NCBI GenBank assembly: GCA_051652765.1
Contig: JBOFUV010000017.1
Location: 1 to 49,109 of the forward strand
Direction of reading: 5' to 3'
DNA: 49,109 bases
Origin: Microcoleaceae cyanobacterium
GTDB taxonomy: Bacteria > Cyanobacteriota > Cyanobacteriia > Cyanobacteriales > Microcoleaceae
In this document: positions 1-10,967 of the stretch, piece by piece
Numbering within the stretch: position 1 is the first letter of the stretch
How the letters are laid out: every line of letters starts with the position of its first letter
Program-made: the position numbers and the translations under genes
The notes under the pieces: generated by a model
Told to the model about the DNA's origin: nothing
Databases searched by the model: none
What the model saw: only the letters and a program-made list of their open reading frames with translations

Positions 1-2
1 TG

Positions 3-425
3 AAGTCGCGATCGCGGGGTTACGCCAGTATGGAATACCATCTGATTGAATATCGGGTCAATCCCTTGGTCAAGCTGGACGTGATGATCAACAAGGAACC
101 GATTGATTCCCTGGCTATGATTGTTCATCGCGACAAAGCCTACAATGTGGGTCGGGCTATGGTTGAAAAGCTGAAAGAATTAATTCCCCGCCATCAGTTT
201 AAGGTGCCGATTCAGGCTTCGATTGGCAGCAAGGTAATTGCTAGCGAACACATTCCTGCCCTGCGAAAAGACGTTTTAGCCAAGTGTTACGGTGGAGACA
301 TCAGCCGAAAGAAAAAGTTACTCGCCAAGCAAGCCAAAGGCAAGAAACGGATGAAGGCTTTAGGGTCAGTGGATGTTCCTCAAGAAGCGTTTATGGCGGT
401 GCTAAGACTTAATCAAGATTCCTAG
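3..425 (+). CDS. lepA: Elongation factor 4 (LepA), C-terminal part; 5' end outside window
   Basis: Frame open from base 3 ([12 protein letters not shown]...); LepA C-terminal signature [21 protein letters not shown]...GKKRMK..G.V.VPQEAF. Confidence 0.97.
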   Translation, partial: KSRSRGYASMEYHLIEYRVNPLVKLDVMINKEPIDSLAMIVHRDKAYNVGRAMVEKLKELIPRHQFKVPIQASIGSKVIASEHIPALRKDVLAKCYGGDISRKKKLLAKQAKGKKRMKALGSVDVPQEAFMAVLRLNQDS

Positions 426-859
426 GAGCAACTTTGAGTCAGCCGCAAATCATCGCAAATTCACCCTTAACGACCTGGGGGCAACACGCGATCCGAGGAT
501 TTAGGTTTACACTGGCTTTAATCCTGATCGCCAACATTACAAATGCAGCAGAACAACGATAAGTGATACCGGTACAGTTTCAAGGGGAGTGGAACTCTGA
601 CCTAGGGCACTGTCGTACGGGCATCCATGAGTCCCAGCTTAGGATTAGCGCCAATCGCGTTCAGTTCTATGAGAGTGAGGGCTTGGTTCAAGCCATTGTT
701 ACTGAAGGTGAGTTTGACTGGCATTGATCGTTGAGTTGTCGGGTGAAGGCGAGACTTGGCTTTCTTATAACCATTTCCGCCTTTCCCCCGATCAAACTCA
801 TTTAACTGACGTAACTGACAACACTTCCAAACTTGTGCGCTACCGTTGCCCAAAGAGTT

Positions 860-3800
860 CTATTGAAGCCATTCCTCAGCTTTCTCTTGATCAAGGGCTT
901 TGGAGAAATAGTATCCCTGACCGTATCGACAATTCAGTGATCGCAAATGCTGAAGTTGTTCTAGGGTTTCAATTCCTTCGGCGATCGCACTAATTCCTAG
1001 ACTCTGAGCCAAGGCAACGATCACCCGCACAATTTCCTGTTGATCTTGACCCGCCGACATCTGGCTCACAAACGAACAGTCGATTTTCAAGATATCGATG
1101 GGAAACTGATGCAGATAGCCAAGAGAACAGTATCCCGTCCCAAAGTCATCAATACAAATTTCAACCTCTCGTTTCTTCAAGTCCTTGAGGGCAGCGATCA
1201 CTATTTTTGGATCGGTCATAATCGCAGTCTCCGTAATTTCCAGTTTGAGATCTCGACCTCTGACTTGAGTCTCTGCCAGAATCTGGTCAATGCGATCGCC
1301 TAGATCTGCGGTGAACTGTTGGGCAGACAGGTTCACGCTCATTGTGATTGAGGGGTGTAGAGGATATTTCTGTTTCCACTGGCTGAGTTGCTGACAAGCT
1401 GTTTGCAACACCCATTCACCGATTTCTACAGCTAAACCGGCTTCTTCGGCAACTGGAATAAATTCAGCCGGGGCAATCAATCCTTCCTGGGGATGATGCC
1501 AACGCAGGAGTGCCTCAAATCCAGCAATTGTCTCTGTCTCCAACTCCAGAATGGGCTGATAATGCAGCAGGAATTCACCCCGTGCCAGAGCCCAGCGGAG
1601 ATCGGTTTGCAGTTGGAGCCGTCTGATAGAATCCGTCCGCATGGTCGCATCAAATACAATTGAACAGCCTTTTCCTTGCCGTTTAGCCCGATACATTGCG
1701 GTATCTGCATCACGGATTACCTCCGGGGGCAACTGATATTCCGGCGAACTCTGAACAATCCCAATACTCGCTCCTGTAAACACTTGATGTCCTTGCAAGT
1801 TAAACGGACGCTTCAGAGCTGCTTGCACCCGTTCTGCAATTTCTTTAACCTCTTCAACATCAGCAATGTTTTCCAGCAACACCGTAAACTCATCTCCTCC
1901 CAAACGAGCCAAAGTATCATTTGACCGAATACATTGGCGCAATCGTTTGCCAATTTCAATCAGTAATTGATCCCCAATGGAATGCCCTAAACTATCGTTA
2001 ATCAATTTGAATCCATCTAAATCTAGAAATAAAACTGCAAATTGATAGCCAATTTGCTCTTGAACTTTATAGATAGATAGATTCAACCGCTCCATAAAGA
2101 ATGATCGATTCCATAGATTAGTTAAAGAATCATGGGATGCACTGTAGCGGAGTTGTTCTTCTGTTTGTTTGAGATTGGTAATATTAATTACTGAACCTTC
2201 ATAGTAAAGGCTGCGCTGACTACGTTCCGCAAAGATAGCTCTGGCATTTTGTAAGATCCAAATTAATCGACCGTCCTGACGATAGACTTGGGCTTCAAAA
2301 TTAAAAATTTCTCCTCGTTTTTGTAACACTTGGATAAATCTATTACAATCTTCCAAGTTATAGTAAATATCCTTAATATTAGCTTGTCGTTGAATCAATA
2401 CCTCCGGAGAAGCATATCCTAAAATCTCAGCTAAAGCAGGGTTTGCACTGAGATATTTACCCTCTAAACTGACCTGAAAAATTCCCTCAAGAGCATTCTC
2501 AAAAATACTGCGATATTTTGCTTCTGCCTGCTTGCGTTGGAAAACTGTACCAAGCTGAACAGCAATCGAGGAAATCAATTCAACTAATCGTTTGTCTTCA
2601 GAACTCGCAACCGACATCAGAAAGACTAGAATCGCTAAAACCTGATTGTCTGCTAAAATTGGCACACCAAATCCTGCTTTTAATCCATGCTCTAAGAGGA
2701 GAGCCTTACGAGGAAATCGTTCCTCTAGTTCTTGATTAATATCAGGAATCCATTGAGTTTTTTGGGTTAACCAAACTCGCCCCGCTAGGTCTTGATTCAG
2801 TTGCAAAGTCAATTGATCACTGAACTGCTTTAAGGTATGAAAATGAGAATTTTTACCGTACCCTACAGCGCTGTACTCTAAGTGAGTTTGTTCTGGATTT
2901 AGCACCCAGGCTTCTCCAAATTCCCAGCCTGTTGTTTCACAAATCAATCGGAGCGCCACTTCTAAGGCCGAATCAAAGTTCGCAGCCACACTCACCGAGC
3001 GTGTAATTTGCTGAAGCAGTTGGATTGCTTCCTCTGTCCGCTTCCGTTCTGTAATATCTAACCCAGCCCCCAGAAAATACTCACAGGTGTGAGTGTTTGG
3101 ATTGAACACGGCTTGACCATGCCACTCAACCATAATATCTCGACCCTCTCGCGTCAGCACTTTTTCCTCAGTTTGGACGAGCTTTTGTTGATTTAGTTTC
3201 AGTTTAAAAACCCACGGCAGAGTATCATCAACTTCGCGAATGACTAGAGTCGCCAAATAATCCTTGCCAACAATTTCATCGAAGGTATATCCAATCGCAT
3301 TCAACATGGCAGGATTGATCAATTTAATCTTGCCATCTGTATCCAAAAGAATCAGAAATGCAGGATTAGCATCAAATAGAGTTTGGGCAAAATCTCGCTC
3401 TTGTTGTAGGGCAAGTTCTATCTTCTGGCGTTCTAGAATTTCCTGGTTAATTCTCTGAATCAGAGGCCGAAGAATGATAACTAATGCTCCAGTTCCTAAT
3501 AATATTAAGCCTGCAATAACGCCTGCTACCTTAAAGACCTGTTTATAAATCGAAGCATATAAATTATCTTTTTTGATGGCATAAATCAGTCCGCCGTTCA
3601 GACTAGGAACTGGGCTGTAGGTTAAAAAAAAGTTGCACGTCTTACACCAAATACCTCCTGTCTGTGACTGTAGAGTTTTTTCTAGAGCAATTTTAGTGGC
3701 GGCATCTTGAAGAAGATCTTGGGTAAAATCCGAATTTTTTTGATTCAGCAAAGACAATGTTACATCCCCTTTATCTGTTCCTATAATCACATGGCAGGAC

Positions 3801-4366
3801 ATTGTTAGATCAGTACATTCTGCTGAGACTTCTGTAATTTTAGGGACTTGAAATAGGAGTAAAATCGTGATGTACTCACCCTTATTTTCAACTAGGTCTG
3901 TAATCCCCCAGTAAAGTTTTCTGTTAATCACAACGGGTTGAGAGCCAGACTCAGATTTGGAGTTCTCCTCAATAAACTGATGTAACTCTTGAGGGGCGGG
4001 TTGACCAACGGCTAGCCGAATTTGACCCTTTGTATTTAAATAAGAAATTCCAACCAGAGTATCGTCCAATAACGCTTGAGATTGAAGCCGGATCTGATCC
4101 AGGGTTTTATCATTTAAAGTTTGATCTTGATTCTGAGAAAGTTGACGTAGGATTGATAAACCTTTCTGATTCAGGGTTTTAAGTTCTGTCTCTAACAAAA
4201 ACGCGCCAGATTCTATAGCATCAATGAATAGGTGCTCTTCCTGTTTTTTGATTCCACTATAAAAAGGGACTAGGCTGACAAGGGCCGTTACTGTACTAAT
4301 CAGTAAAAGCCCTAGTGTTGATCCTAAGATAATAGAAGTTTGTAGATTTCTAGGACTAGTCAACAT
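860..4366 (-). CDS. Membrane-anchored PAS/GAF/PAS GGDEF-EAL c-di-GMP enzyme
   Basis: Two TM segments; PAS (DITERK), GAF, PAS; intact ARLGGDEF; EALLRW, DDFGTGY and EGIET motifs. Confidence 0.93.
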   Translation of the reverse strand: MLTSPRNLQTSIILGSTLGLLLISTVTALVSLVPFYSGIKKQEEHLFIDAIESGAFLLETELKTLNQKGLSILRQLSQNQDQTLNDKTLDQIRLQSQALLDDTLVGISYLNTKGQIRLAVGQPAPQELHQFIEENSKSESGSQPVVINRKLYWGITDLVENKGEYITILLLFQVPKITEVSAECTDLTMSCHVIIGTDKGDVTLSLLNQKNSDFTQDLLQDAATKIALEKTLQSQTGGIWCKTCNFFLTYSPVPSLNGGLIYAIKKDNLYASIYKQVFKVAGVIAGLILLGTGALVIILRPLIQRINQEILERQKIELALQQERDFAQTLFDANPAFLILLDTDGKIKLINPAMLNAIGYTFDEIVGKDYLATLVIREVDDTLPWVFKLKLNQQKLVQTEEKVLTREGRDIMVEWHGQAVFNPNTHTCEYFLGAGLDITERKRTEEAIQLLQQITRSVSVAANFDSALEVALRLICETTGWEFGEAWVLNPEQTHLEYSAVGYGKNSHFHTLKQFSDQLTLQLNQDLAGRVWLTQKTQWIPDINQELEERFPRKALLLEHGLKAGFGVPILADNQVLAILVFLMSVASSEDKRLVELISSIAVQLGTVFQRKQAEAKYRSIFENALEGIFQVSLEGKYLSANPALAEILGYASPEVLIQRQANIKDIYYNLEDCNRFIQVLQKRGEIFNFEAQVYRQDGRLIWILQNARAIFAERSQRSLYYEGSVINITNLKQTEEQLRYSASHDSLTNLWNRSFFMERLNLSIYKVQEQIGYQFAVLFLDLDGFKLINDSLGHSIGDQLLIEIGKRLRQCIRSNDTLARLGGDEFTVLLENIADVEEVKEIAERVQAALKRPFNLQGHQVFTGASIGIVQSSPEYQLPPEVIRDADTAMYRAKRQGKGCSIVFDATMRTDSIRRLQLQTDLRWALARGEFLLHYQPILELETETIAGFEALLRWHHPQEGLIAPAEFIPVAEEAGLAVEIGEWVLQTACQQLSQWKQKYPLHPSITMSVNLSAQQFTADLGDRIDQILAETQVRGRDLKLEITETAIMTDPKIVIAALKDLKKREVEICIDDFGTGYCSLGYLHQFPIDILKIDCSFVSQMSAGQDQQEIVRVIVALAQSLGISAIAEGIETLEQLQHLRSLNCRYGQGYYFSKALDQEKAEEWLQ

Positions 4367-4884
4367 TTTAATTCAAGTTTTAATTCAAGCTTGTTAATCC
4401 TAATTTCCTCACCCACTATCCAATTACTTCTTGAATCAACGGCCAAACTTCAGTCATAAATCCTCAGTCATAGAACGCTGTACCCAAATCTTTCTGACCG
4501 CAACTCAAGCTATGTTATCTGTTGGCAAGGACTGAAGAAATTAAGCTGAAGTTAAATTGAAATTAAACGCCAGTCTAGTTATTAGGTCTTCTGTTCTAAG
4601 GTCTAAACTCGTTTCCCTCAACTAACACGCACCATTCACTCAGGAGGAATACACTTTGTAACACAATTTAACATAATGCTGTGGCTGTTCGCAATTCATT
4701 GACAACTTTGAAAAAACTGCATAATATCGCATCTATTGCCTCAAATCAACACCTAAAGCTTGAAAAATTTTAGTATTCTGAACTATTTATTGATGCTTTC
4801 TTTTTAGAGTTCCTCGCTTTTGGACAGGGTTGCAGTCTATAGTCAGAGTTTGAACAGTCATGGAATCAGCATCAAGGAGTAGGT

Positions 4885-6909
4885 ATGCTAAATTTTGGAC
4901 GGGCGGTTTGCTCTCATCTTAGCTCGGCTGAATCCCTAGAGTGGCTTGTCACAAACGGGATTGGAGGATATGCGGCTGGGACTGTAGCTGGACTTCTAAC
5001 GCGGCGCTACCATGGTCTCTTGATTGCTGCCTTAGAACCGCCCCTAGGTCGGACTCTACTCTTGGTTAAGCTAGAAACGACAGTCCGTTACAATCGACAG
5101 CATTTTCCAATTTATACGAACCGTTGGGTAGATGGCAAAGTTGCCCCAGAAGGATTTAAATATTTAGAAGAATTCACCCTAGAGGGCACCATTCCCACCT
5201 GGTATTTTGCCTGTGCAGATGCCCTTTTGGAGAAGCGCATCTGGATGCAGCAGGGAGAAAATACCACCTACATTCAATATAGCTTGCGTCGAGGTACGCA
5301 GCCAATGGGTCTGAATCTCAAGGCCCTTGTTAACCATCGAGATTATCACTACAGCACCTACGGTCGGGATTGGCCGACTGAAGTTGAGCTTTTAGACCAA
5401 GGAGTTTGTGTGAAGGCTTTTCCAGAAGCAACCCCGCTTTATCTATTGAATCATGGAGCAGAGGTTACCGCATCGATTCCAACCTATCGTTGGCACTATG
5501 GATTTGACCTAGCCATTGAACGCTATCGAGGTCTAGATGACTCTGAAGATCATCTCCACGCCGTTACCTTTGAGGCCAAGTTAGAACCAGGGCGATCGCT
5601 GACTTTCATTGCCAGCACAGTTCCTCAACCCCAACTGGACGGAGACGTTGCCCTGGAAACTCACCGGGCTTACGAGGGTCAACTCTTACAAAAAGCCCAC
5701 TGTGTCAATTTGACCCTTGATCCTGCCCCAGCTTGGATTGAACATCTGATTCTGGCGGCCAATCAGTTTATTGTGGATCGTCCAACTCCGAGTCATCCTG
5801 ATGGCAAAACAATTATTGCGGGATATCCCTGGTTTGGGGACTGGGGACGGGATACGATGATTAGTCTTCCGGGCCTTACCCTATGTACCGGACAGTTTGG
5901 GGTGGCTCGTTCGATTCTGCAAACCTTTGCCCGATACGTTGATCGGGGGATGTTGCCCAACCGCTTTCCGGATGCCGGGGATACACCGGATTACAACACC
6001 GTAGATGCAACCCTATGGTACTTTGAGGCTATTCGAGCTTACCTCCAAGCAACCGGAGATGAGTTACTCCTACAGGAACTTTTCCCTGTTTTGGCCGAAA
6101 TTATCGATTGGCACAAACGCGGAACCCGCTACAATATTCAGCTCGATCCCAGTGATGGCTTGATTTACAGCGGAGAATCAGGAACTCAGTTAACCTGGAT
6201 GGATGCAAAAGTTGGGAATTGGGTCGTGACTCCCCGCCAGGGAAAACCGATTGAAGTCAACGCCCTTTGGTATCACACTTTGCAAATCATGGCTCAGTTT
6301 GCCCAACGTCTAGGGTTTTCAGGTGAAGAGTACGAAAAAATGGCTCAAGCTACGGCTCAAGGGTTTGCTCGCTTTTGGAATGGGGCAACAGGGTATTGTT
6401 ATGACGTGTTAGATAGCCTCAATGGCAATGATGCCGCCCTCCGCCCGAATCAGATTTTTGCCATTTCGCTCCCGCCCTTTGATCAAACGACTTATCCCCC
6501 ATTGTTAAGTCCCGAACAGCAACGTCAAGTTGTTAATGTTTGTGCCCAAGAACTCCTAACCTCCCATGGTCTGCGTAGCTTATCCCCAAATCATCCGCTC
6601 TACAAAGGTACCTACGGGGGAGATCTGCGACAACGAGATGGGGCTTACCATCAGGGAACTGCTTGGGGATGGCTGATCGGGCCGTTTGTACTCGCACATC
6701 TGCGGGCTTATCAACAACCCAAGCAAGCCCGCGAGTTTCTTAGACCGATGGTTCAGCACCTCATGGCTCACGGAGTCGGAAGTTTGAGTGAAATTTTTGA
6801 TGGTGATCCACCCATGGATGCCAGGGGATGCCCTGCTCAAGCTTGGACAGTGGCGGAGGTACTACGAGCTTGGTCAATTTTGCAGCAGGTTGAGAATCGG
6901 AGCGCTTAA
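4885..6909 (+). CDS. Glycogen debranching enzyme, amylo-alpha-1,6-glucosidase family
   Basis: EWLVTNGIGGYA, IAGYPWFGDWGRDTMISLPGL, LTWMDAK, YHQGTAWGWL, QAWTVAE motifs. Confidence 0.93.
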   Translation: MLNFGRAVCSHLSSAESLEWLVTNGIGGYAAGTVAGLLTRRYHGLLIAALEPPLGRTLLLVKLETTVRYNRQHFPIYTNRWVDGKVAPEGFKYLEEFTLEGTIPTWYFACADALLEKRIWMQQGENTTYIQYSLRRGTQPMGLNLKALVNHRDYHYSTYGRDWPTEVELLDQGVCVKAFPEATPLYLLNHGAEVTASIPTYRWHYGFDLAIERYRGLDDSEDHLHAVTFEAKLEPGRSLTFIASTVPQPQLDGDVALETHRAYEGQLLQKAHCVNLTLDPAPAWIEHLILAANQFIVDRPTPSHPDGKTIIAGYPWFGDWGRDTMISLPGLTLCTGQFGVARSILQTFARYVDRGMLPNRFPDAGDTPDYNTVDATLWYFEAIRAYLQATGDELLLQELFPVLAEIIDWHKRGTRYNIQLDPSDGLIYSGESGTQLTWMDAKVGNWVVTPRQGKPIEVNALWYHTLQIMAQFAQRLGFSGEEYEKMAQATAQGFARFWNGATGYCYDVLDSLNGNDAALRPNQIFAISLPPFDQTTYPPLLSPEQQRQVVNVCAQELLTSHGLRSLSPNHPLYKGTYGGDLRQRDGAYHQGTAWGWLIGPFVLAHLRAYQQPKQAREFLRPMVQHLMAHGVGSLSEIFDGDPPMDARGCPAQAWTVAEVLRAWSILQQVENRSA

Positions 6910-6954
6910 CTTTAAACATTCAAAGTCAAAGCCTTCAAACAAAGGTCGTAAACC

Positions 6955-7536
6955 CTAGGGACGCGCAAACGGAAATGTGCTAGTTGTATTGAACTGACGA
7001 CGGCAGATCTCTCGGCGGGCCAAGGTATCGGCATAGCACTGCAGGACTTCAATTTCCCCAGCACTGGAGGAACTAAACGCCGTAATTAAAATCACTTCGG
7101 GTTCATTGGTTAAGACCGTCCCAAAGTTTCCCGTTGTACCCAGTTGTATTTCTTCAGGAGCGACCGTCATTTCACCCCCACTCACTTCAACTAACTCCTG
7201 GCCGTCTTGACGATATTCTCGGTAGAGAACCTTGAGCGATCGCACGGCTTCTGTTCCGCGATTGACGACTGTTCCTTTGAGCACAAACCGGTTGGCAATC
7301 CCAGCCTGCTCTCGAATCAGAACCAGATCACCCAGGTCTAGCTTGGGATCTTGAGTCTGGGAAGTGGGCTGAGGGTTAACCGGGTCAACCCTTGGAGTCA
7401 ATGGGTCTGGAGTTAAGGAGTCTGGAGTTAAGGAGTCTGGAGGAGTTGAAGAATCAGGAGTTACAGGGACTCCCAATGCCATTGGAGTCGTTGTTAGAAG
7501 TATCGCCAAACTCAAAATTGATTGCCAATAGTTCAC
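6955..7536 (-). CDS. Putative secreted hypothetical protein with Pro-rich PDSLT repeats
   Basis: GTG start, signal-peptide-like N-terminus, (TPDSL)n linker, then G.VVN.G..V beta-rich domain. Confidence 0.65.
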   Translation of the reverse strand: MNYWQSILSLAILLTTTPMALGVPVTPDSSTPPDSLTPDSLTPDPLTPRVDPVNPQPTSQTQDPKLDLGDLVLIREQAGIANRFVLKGTVVNRGTEAVRSLKVLYREYRQDGQELVEVSGGEMTVAPEEIQLGTTGNFGTVLTNEPEVILITAFSSSSAGEIEVLQCYADTLARREICRRQFNTTSTFPFARP

Positions 7537-7590
7537 CAGGTTAATCCTCTTAGATAACAGTTGAAATAACAGCGGAGCCGTGGGAAGATG

Positions 7591-8352
7591 TCAATCCAAC
7601 AAATCTGGCTCCTGCTGTACAATCTTGTCATACAACGATTGAAAACTAAACCAGCCCATGTAGGGACTCCCAACCTGAGTGTGGGTCAAACTCGCGGTTT
7701 TCGGGTCAATTTTGATAGGCTGACCTACGGCCTCTGCCAAGAGTTGAGCTTGACACGTTCTATCCAAGGTAATAAACCACCAAGCAGCTTCATCAACAGA
7801 ATGGCCCACAGTGAGTAAGCCATGATTTCTAAGAATCAATGCTTTCCGCATCCCCAAGGTTTGGGCAATCCGTTGACCTTCATGGGGGTCGAGCACAACC
7901 CCGGTATAGTCATCGAATAGGGCGTGATCTTCGTAAAAACTACAGGCATCCTGGGTGAGTGGATCAAGCGATCGCCCCAAAGATGACCAAGCTTTGCCAT
8001 AAAGGGAGTGGGCATGGGCAGCGGCAATTATATCGGGTCGAGCTTGATGCACTTGGGCATGAATTGCAAAGGCGGCGGCGTTTACGGGTTTTTCTCCTTG
8101 CACAACCTCTCCGTTGTGATTGACCAGAATCAAATCTGAAACCCGAATATGGCCAAAATACAGGCCAAAGGGGTTGACCCAAAAACAGTCTGGGGATTCC
8201 GGGTCACGGGCTGTAATGTGGCCTGCAACTCCCTCATCAAATCCATAGTAAGCAAACAACCGAAATGCTGCTGCCAAGCGTTGTTTGCGATGTAGCCGCT
8301 CTGCTGCTCCGGTTTGGAAGATTGGCGGTTGAGGCAAGTTCGGCTGAATCAT
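7591..8352 (-). CDS. Class II aldolase/adducin family protein
   Basis: EGVAGHITARDP, AFAIH, AAHAHS, ILRNHGLLTVG metal-binding motifs. Confidence 0.92.
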   Translation of the reverse strand: MIQPNLPQPPIFQTGAAERLHRKQRLAAAFRLFAYYGFDEGVAGHITARDPESPDCFWVNPFGLYFGHIRVSDLILVNHNGEVVQGEKPVNAAAFAIHAQVHQARPDIIAAAHAHSLYGKAWSSLGRSLDPLTQDACSFYEDHALFDDYTGVVLDPHEGQRIAQTLGMRKALILRNHGLLTVGHSVDEAAWWFITLDRTCQAQLLAEAVGQPIKIDPKTASLTHTQVGSPYMGWFSFQSLYDKIVQQEPDLLD

Positions 8353-8664
8353 ATTTCACTGTCTAAGGGTTTCACTCTACACGAGCTTCTGATCCTGATT
8401 CATCTAAACTCCTGTATCGTACTAGCTTAACAATCTTGTTTAACAATCTTGTTTGACTATGAGACCTCCAAATCCCTGTATTGATCCTCCTGAGTCCCCT
8501 TCAAATGGTGGATGCCAGAGGTAAGGAGAGCTTGATCGGTTGCCCGTAAAAAGCAAGTCAGCATAAGCTAATATGCATTTAAACGGCAATAGGATCAGTC
8601 GTGATTGCACCTTGATCAAGAGTTAGGGTTTAGCAAACCAGCCATAGAGTTCTGAGGAGGTAGT

Positions 8665-9810
8665 ATGTTGAAGTCTACTGTTGGTCACAGCAATGATCCC
8701 GATTCTCGAGCGGCGATCGCGGAGATTTTAGAGCAATGTGTTTGTGATCTGGCGGGAGTGCCCCCAAAAGCAGGCATCTTGCTGGCTGCAAGTAGTTTTG
8801 ACCATGCTCTGATTCTGCATCGGATTTGCGAAGTCTTTCCGGATATTGATTTGATCGGTGGAACAACAGATGGAGAAATGTCCTCTGTGCTGGGGTTTGA
8901 GCAGGATTCTCTCATGCTGATGTTATTCTGTTCGGATACGATCACGTTCAGTGCTGGAATTGGCAATGATGTATCAAAAGACGTGATCGCTGCTACCCAA
9001 TCCGCTGTCCAACAAGCAAGTGTTGCTCATCAAGAGCCAATTAAGTTCTGCATCACCTTACCAGAAAGTCTGACTACCAGCGGTGTGCTGATTTTGGATA
9101 GCCTGAGACAAGCTCTAGGGCAACACATCCCTATTTTTGGCGGGCTCACCGCTGATCCTCGGCAAACATATCAGTTTTTCCGAACTGAAGTTTATAATGA
9201 TGCTGTTCCGATCCTGCTATTTTCTGGGCCAGTTCTATTTTCCCATGGGATTGCAAGTGGCTGGCATCCGCTCGGCAAACCAGGGACAGTCACCAAAGCC
9301 GAGAAAAATATAGTTTACGAGATTGATGGTCAGCCTGCTCTAGAGTTTTACCATCGCTATCTAGGAACAGTGCCACCTTCCCTAGAGTATCCACTGGCAG
9401 TATTTGATGCGGATAGTGATTCTCGTTATATGCGAGCACCGAGTGGTCTTTATGATCCAACGGTTGGCAGTATTACCTTTTTTGGGGATATTCCAGTGCA
9501 GTCTGTAGTACAGATTACAGAAACCACCTACGATGAGATTTTGTCTGCATCCAAACTGTCTACAGAGCAGGCATTAGAGAACTACCCAGGTCAAGCGCCT
9601 GCGGCTGCTCTACTGTTTTCCTGTGTTGCCCGACGACAAATCTTGGGCAGTCGGGCCTGCGAAGAATATGAGCTAATCCAAAGCTGCCTGACTCAAAATC
9701 TGCCCTGTTTTGGATTTTATAGCAATGGGGAAATTGCCCCACTGGAGCAGCAGGGTCTAACTCATTTTCACAATGAGACATTTATTACCCTGCTTCTAGG
9801 AGAAGAATAG
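8665..9810 (+). CDS. FIST-domain sensor protein (NosP-like)
   Basis: IGGTTDGE, IFGGL, FSCVAR, GFYSNGEI, FHNET motifs of FIST_N/FIST_C; RBS GAGGAGG. Confidence 0.9.
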   Translation: MLKSTVGHSNDPDSRAAIAEILEQCVCDLAGVPPKAGILLAASSFDHALILHRICEVFPDIDLIGGTTDGEMSSVLGFEQDSLMLMLFCSDTITFSAGIGNDVSKDVIAATQSAVQQASVAHQEPIKFCITLPESLTTSGVLILDSLRQALGQHIPIFGGLTADPRQTYQFFRTEVYNDAVPILLFSGPVLFSHGIASGWHPLGKPGTVTKAEKNIVYEIDGQPALEFYHRYLGTVPPSLEYPLAVFDADSDSRYMRAPSGLYDPTVGSITFFGDIPVQSVVQITETTYDEILSASKLSTEQALENYPGQAPAAALLFSCVARRQILGSRACEEYELIQSCLTQNLPCFGFYSNGEIAPLEQQGLTHFHNETFITLLLGEE

Positions 9811-10884
9811 ATGTCTTCCGACGCTGCTGATCTTCAGGCAAAAATTCGGGACTTGGAGAAAGAAAATCGTATTCTCCAGAAGAAACTAGAGCGTGCTAAA
9901 GCAACCTGCCTTCAGCTTGAAGAGACCAATCACAAAAAGGAATCTCTACTGCGGCAAGTGATTTGTGAGCTAAAAGAATCGCAAATCATTCTAGAACAAC
10001 AGGGTCATGAACTCGGGCAGACCCTCACAGACCTCAAACAGACTCAAACTCAACTCATACAGACTGAAAAAATGTCTAGTCTAGGGCAACTGGTAGCCGG
10101 TGTAGCCCATGAAATTAATAATCCAATCAATTTTATTCATGGCAATCTGACCCACGTTCAAGACTATGCCAACGATCTCCTGCGTTTTATTGAGATTTAT
10201 CAGCGGCGTTTCCCTCAGCTCGTTGCCGAAATTGAAGCTGAGACAGAATTGACTGATTTGGCGTTTTTGCAAGAAGATTTACCCAAGCTCTTGAGTTCTA
10301 TGCAGATTGGTACAAATCGCATTCGTGCAATCGTGCTGTCGTTGCGTAATTTCTCCCGCTTGGACGAAGCTGAATTCAAAGCGGTTGATATTCACGAAGG
10401 CATTGATAGCACATTGTTGATTTTGCAACATCGCCTGAAAGATGAACTCGAGAACCCGATCATCGAGGTCGTCAGAGACTACAGTAATCTGCCTCTGGTA
10501 GAGTGCTACCCCGGACAACTGAATCAGGTGTTCATGAATATTGTGAATAATGCAATCGATGCCTTGCAAGAGTTTAATGCTAACCGCTCCTCTCAGGAAA
10601 TGCAGGATAATCCTAGCCAAATTACCATCAAAACTTCAATTCTTGATTCACAATGGGTGCAAATTGCGATCGCAGACAACGGGCCTGGGATTCCCGAAGA
10701 ACTCTGTTCCAGCATCTTCAACCTGTTCTTCACAACAAAATCTGTGGGTAAAAGTACAGGAGTCAGCATGTCAATCAGCTATCAGATCATTACTGGAAAA
10801 CACGGGGGCAGGCTAACCTGTTCTTCAAAGTTTGGCAAGGGAGCAGAGTTTGTCATCCAAATTCCTATTCACCAAGCTCTTTAA
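9811..10884 (+). CDS. Cytoplasmic histidine kinase (coiled coil + HisKA + HATPase)
   Basis: EKMSSLGQLVAGVAHEINNP H-box, QVFMN..NA N-box, DNGPG G1; ATG directly after the FIST stop codon. Confidence 0.9.
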   Translation: MSSDAADLQAKIRDLEKENRILQKKLERAKATCLQLEETNHKKESLLRQVICELKESQIILEQQGHELGQTLTDLKQTQTQLIQTEKMSSLGQLVAGVAHEINNPINFIHGNLTHVQDYANDLLRFIEIYQRRFPQLVAEIEAETELTDLAFLQEDLPKLLSSMQIGTNRIRAIVLSLRNFSRLDEAEFKAVDIHEGIDSTLLILQHRLKDELENPIIEVVRDYSNLPLVECYPGQLNQVFMNIVNNAIDALQEFNANRSSQEMQDNPSQITIKTSILDSQWVQIAIADNGPGIPEELCSSIFNLFFTTKSVGKSTGVSMSISYQIITGKHGGRLTCSSKFGKGAEFVIQIPIHQAL

Positions 10885-10967
10885 GTTACCAATTCTCAAG
10901 GGCTGCCTGCCAGCATGAAGCCAGCCCAGCAGTCAGTGGGAAGTTGGAAAATCTTGAGGTTGGGTTT

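Noticed and set aside
8..15. GCGATCGC octamer recurring throughout the window
   Set aside because: This is HIP1, a well-known cyanobacterial feature; used only as a taxonomic clue
602..853. 83-aa ORF downstream of the GGDEF-EAL gene
   Set aside because: No recognisable motif or RBS
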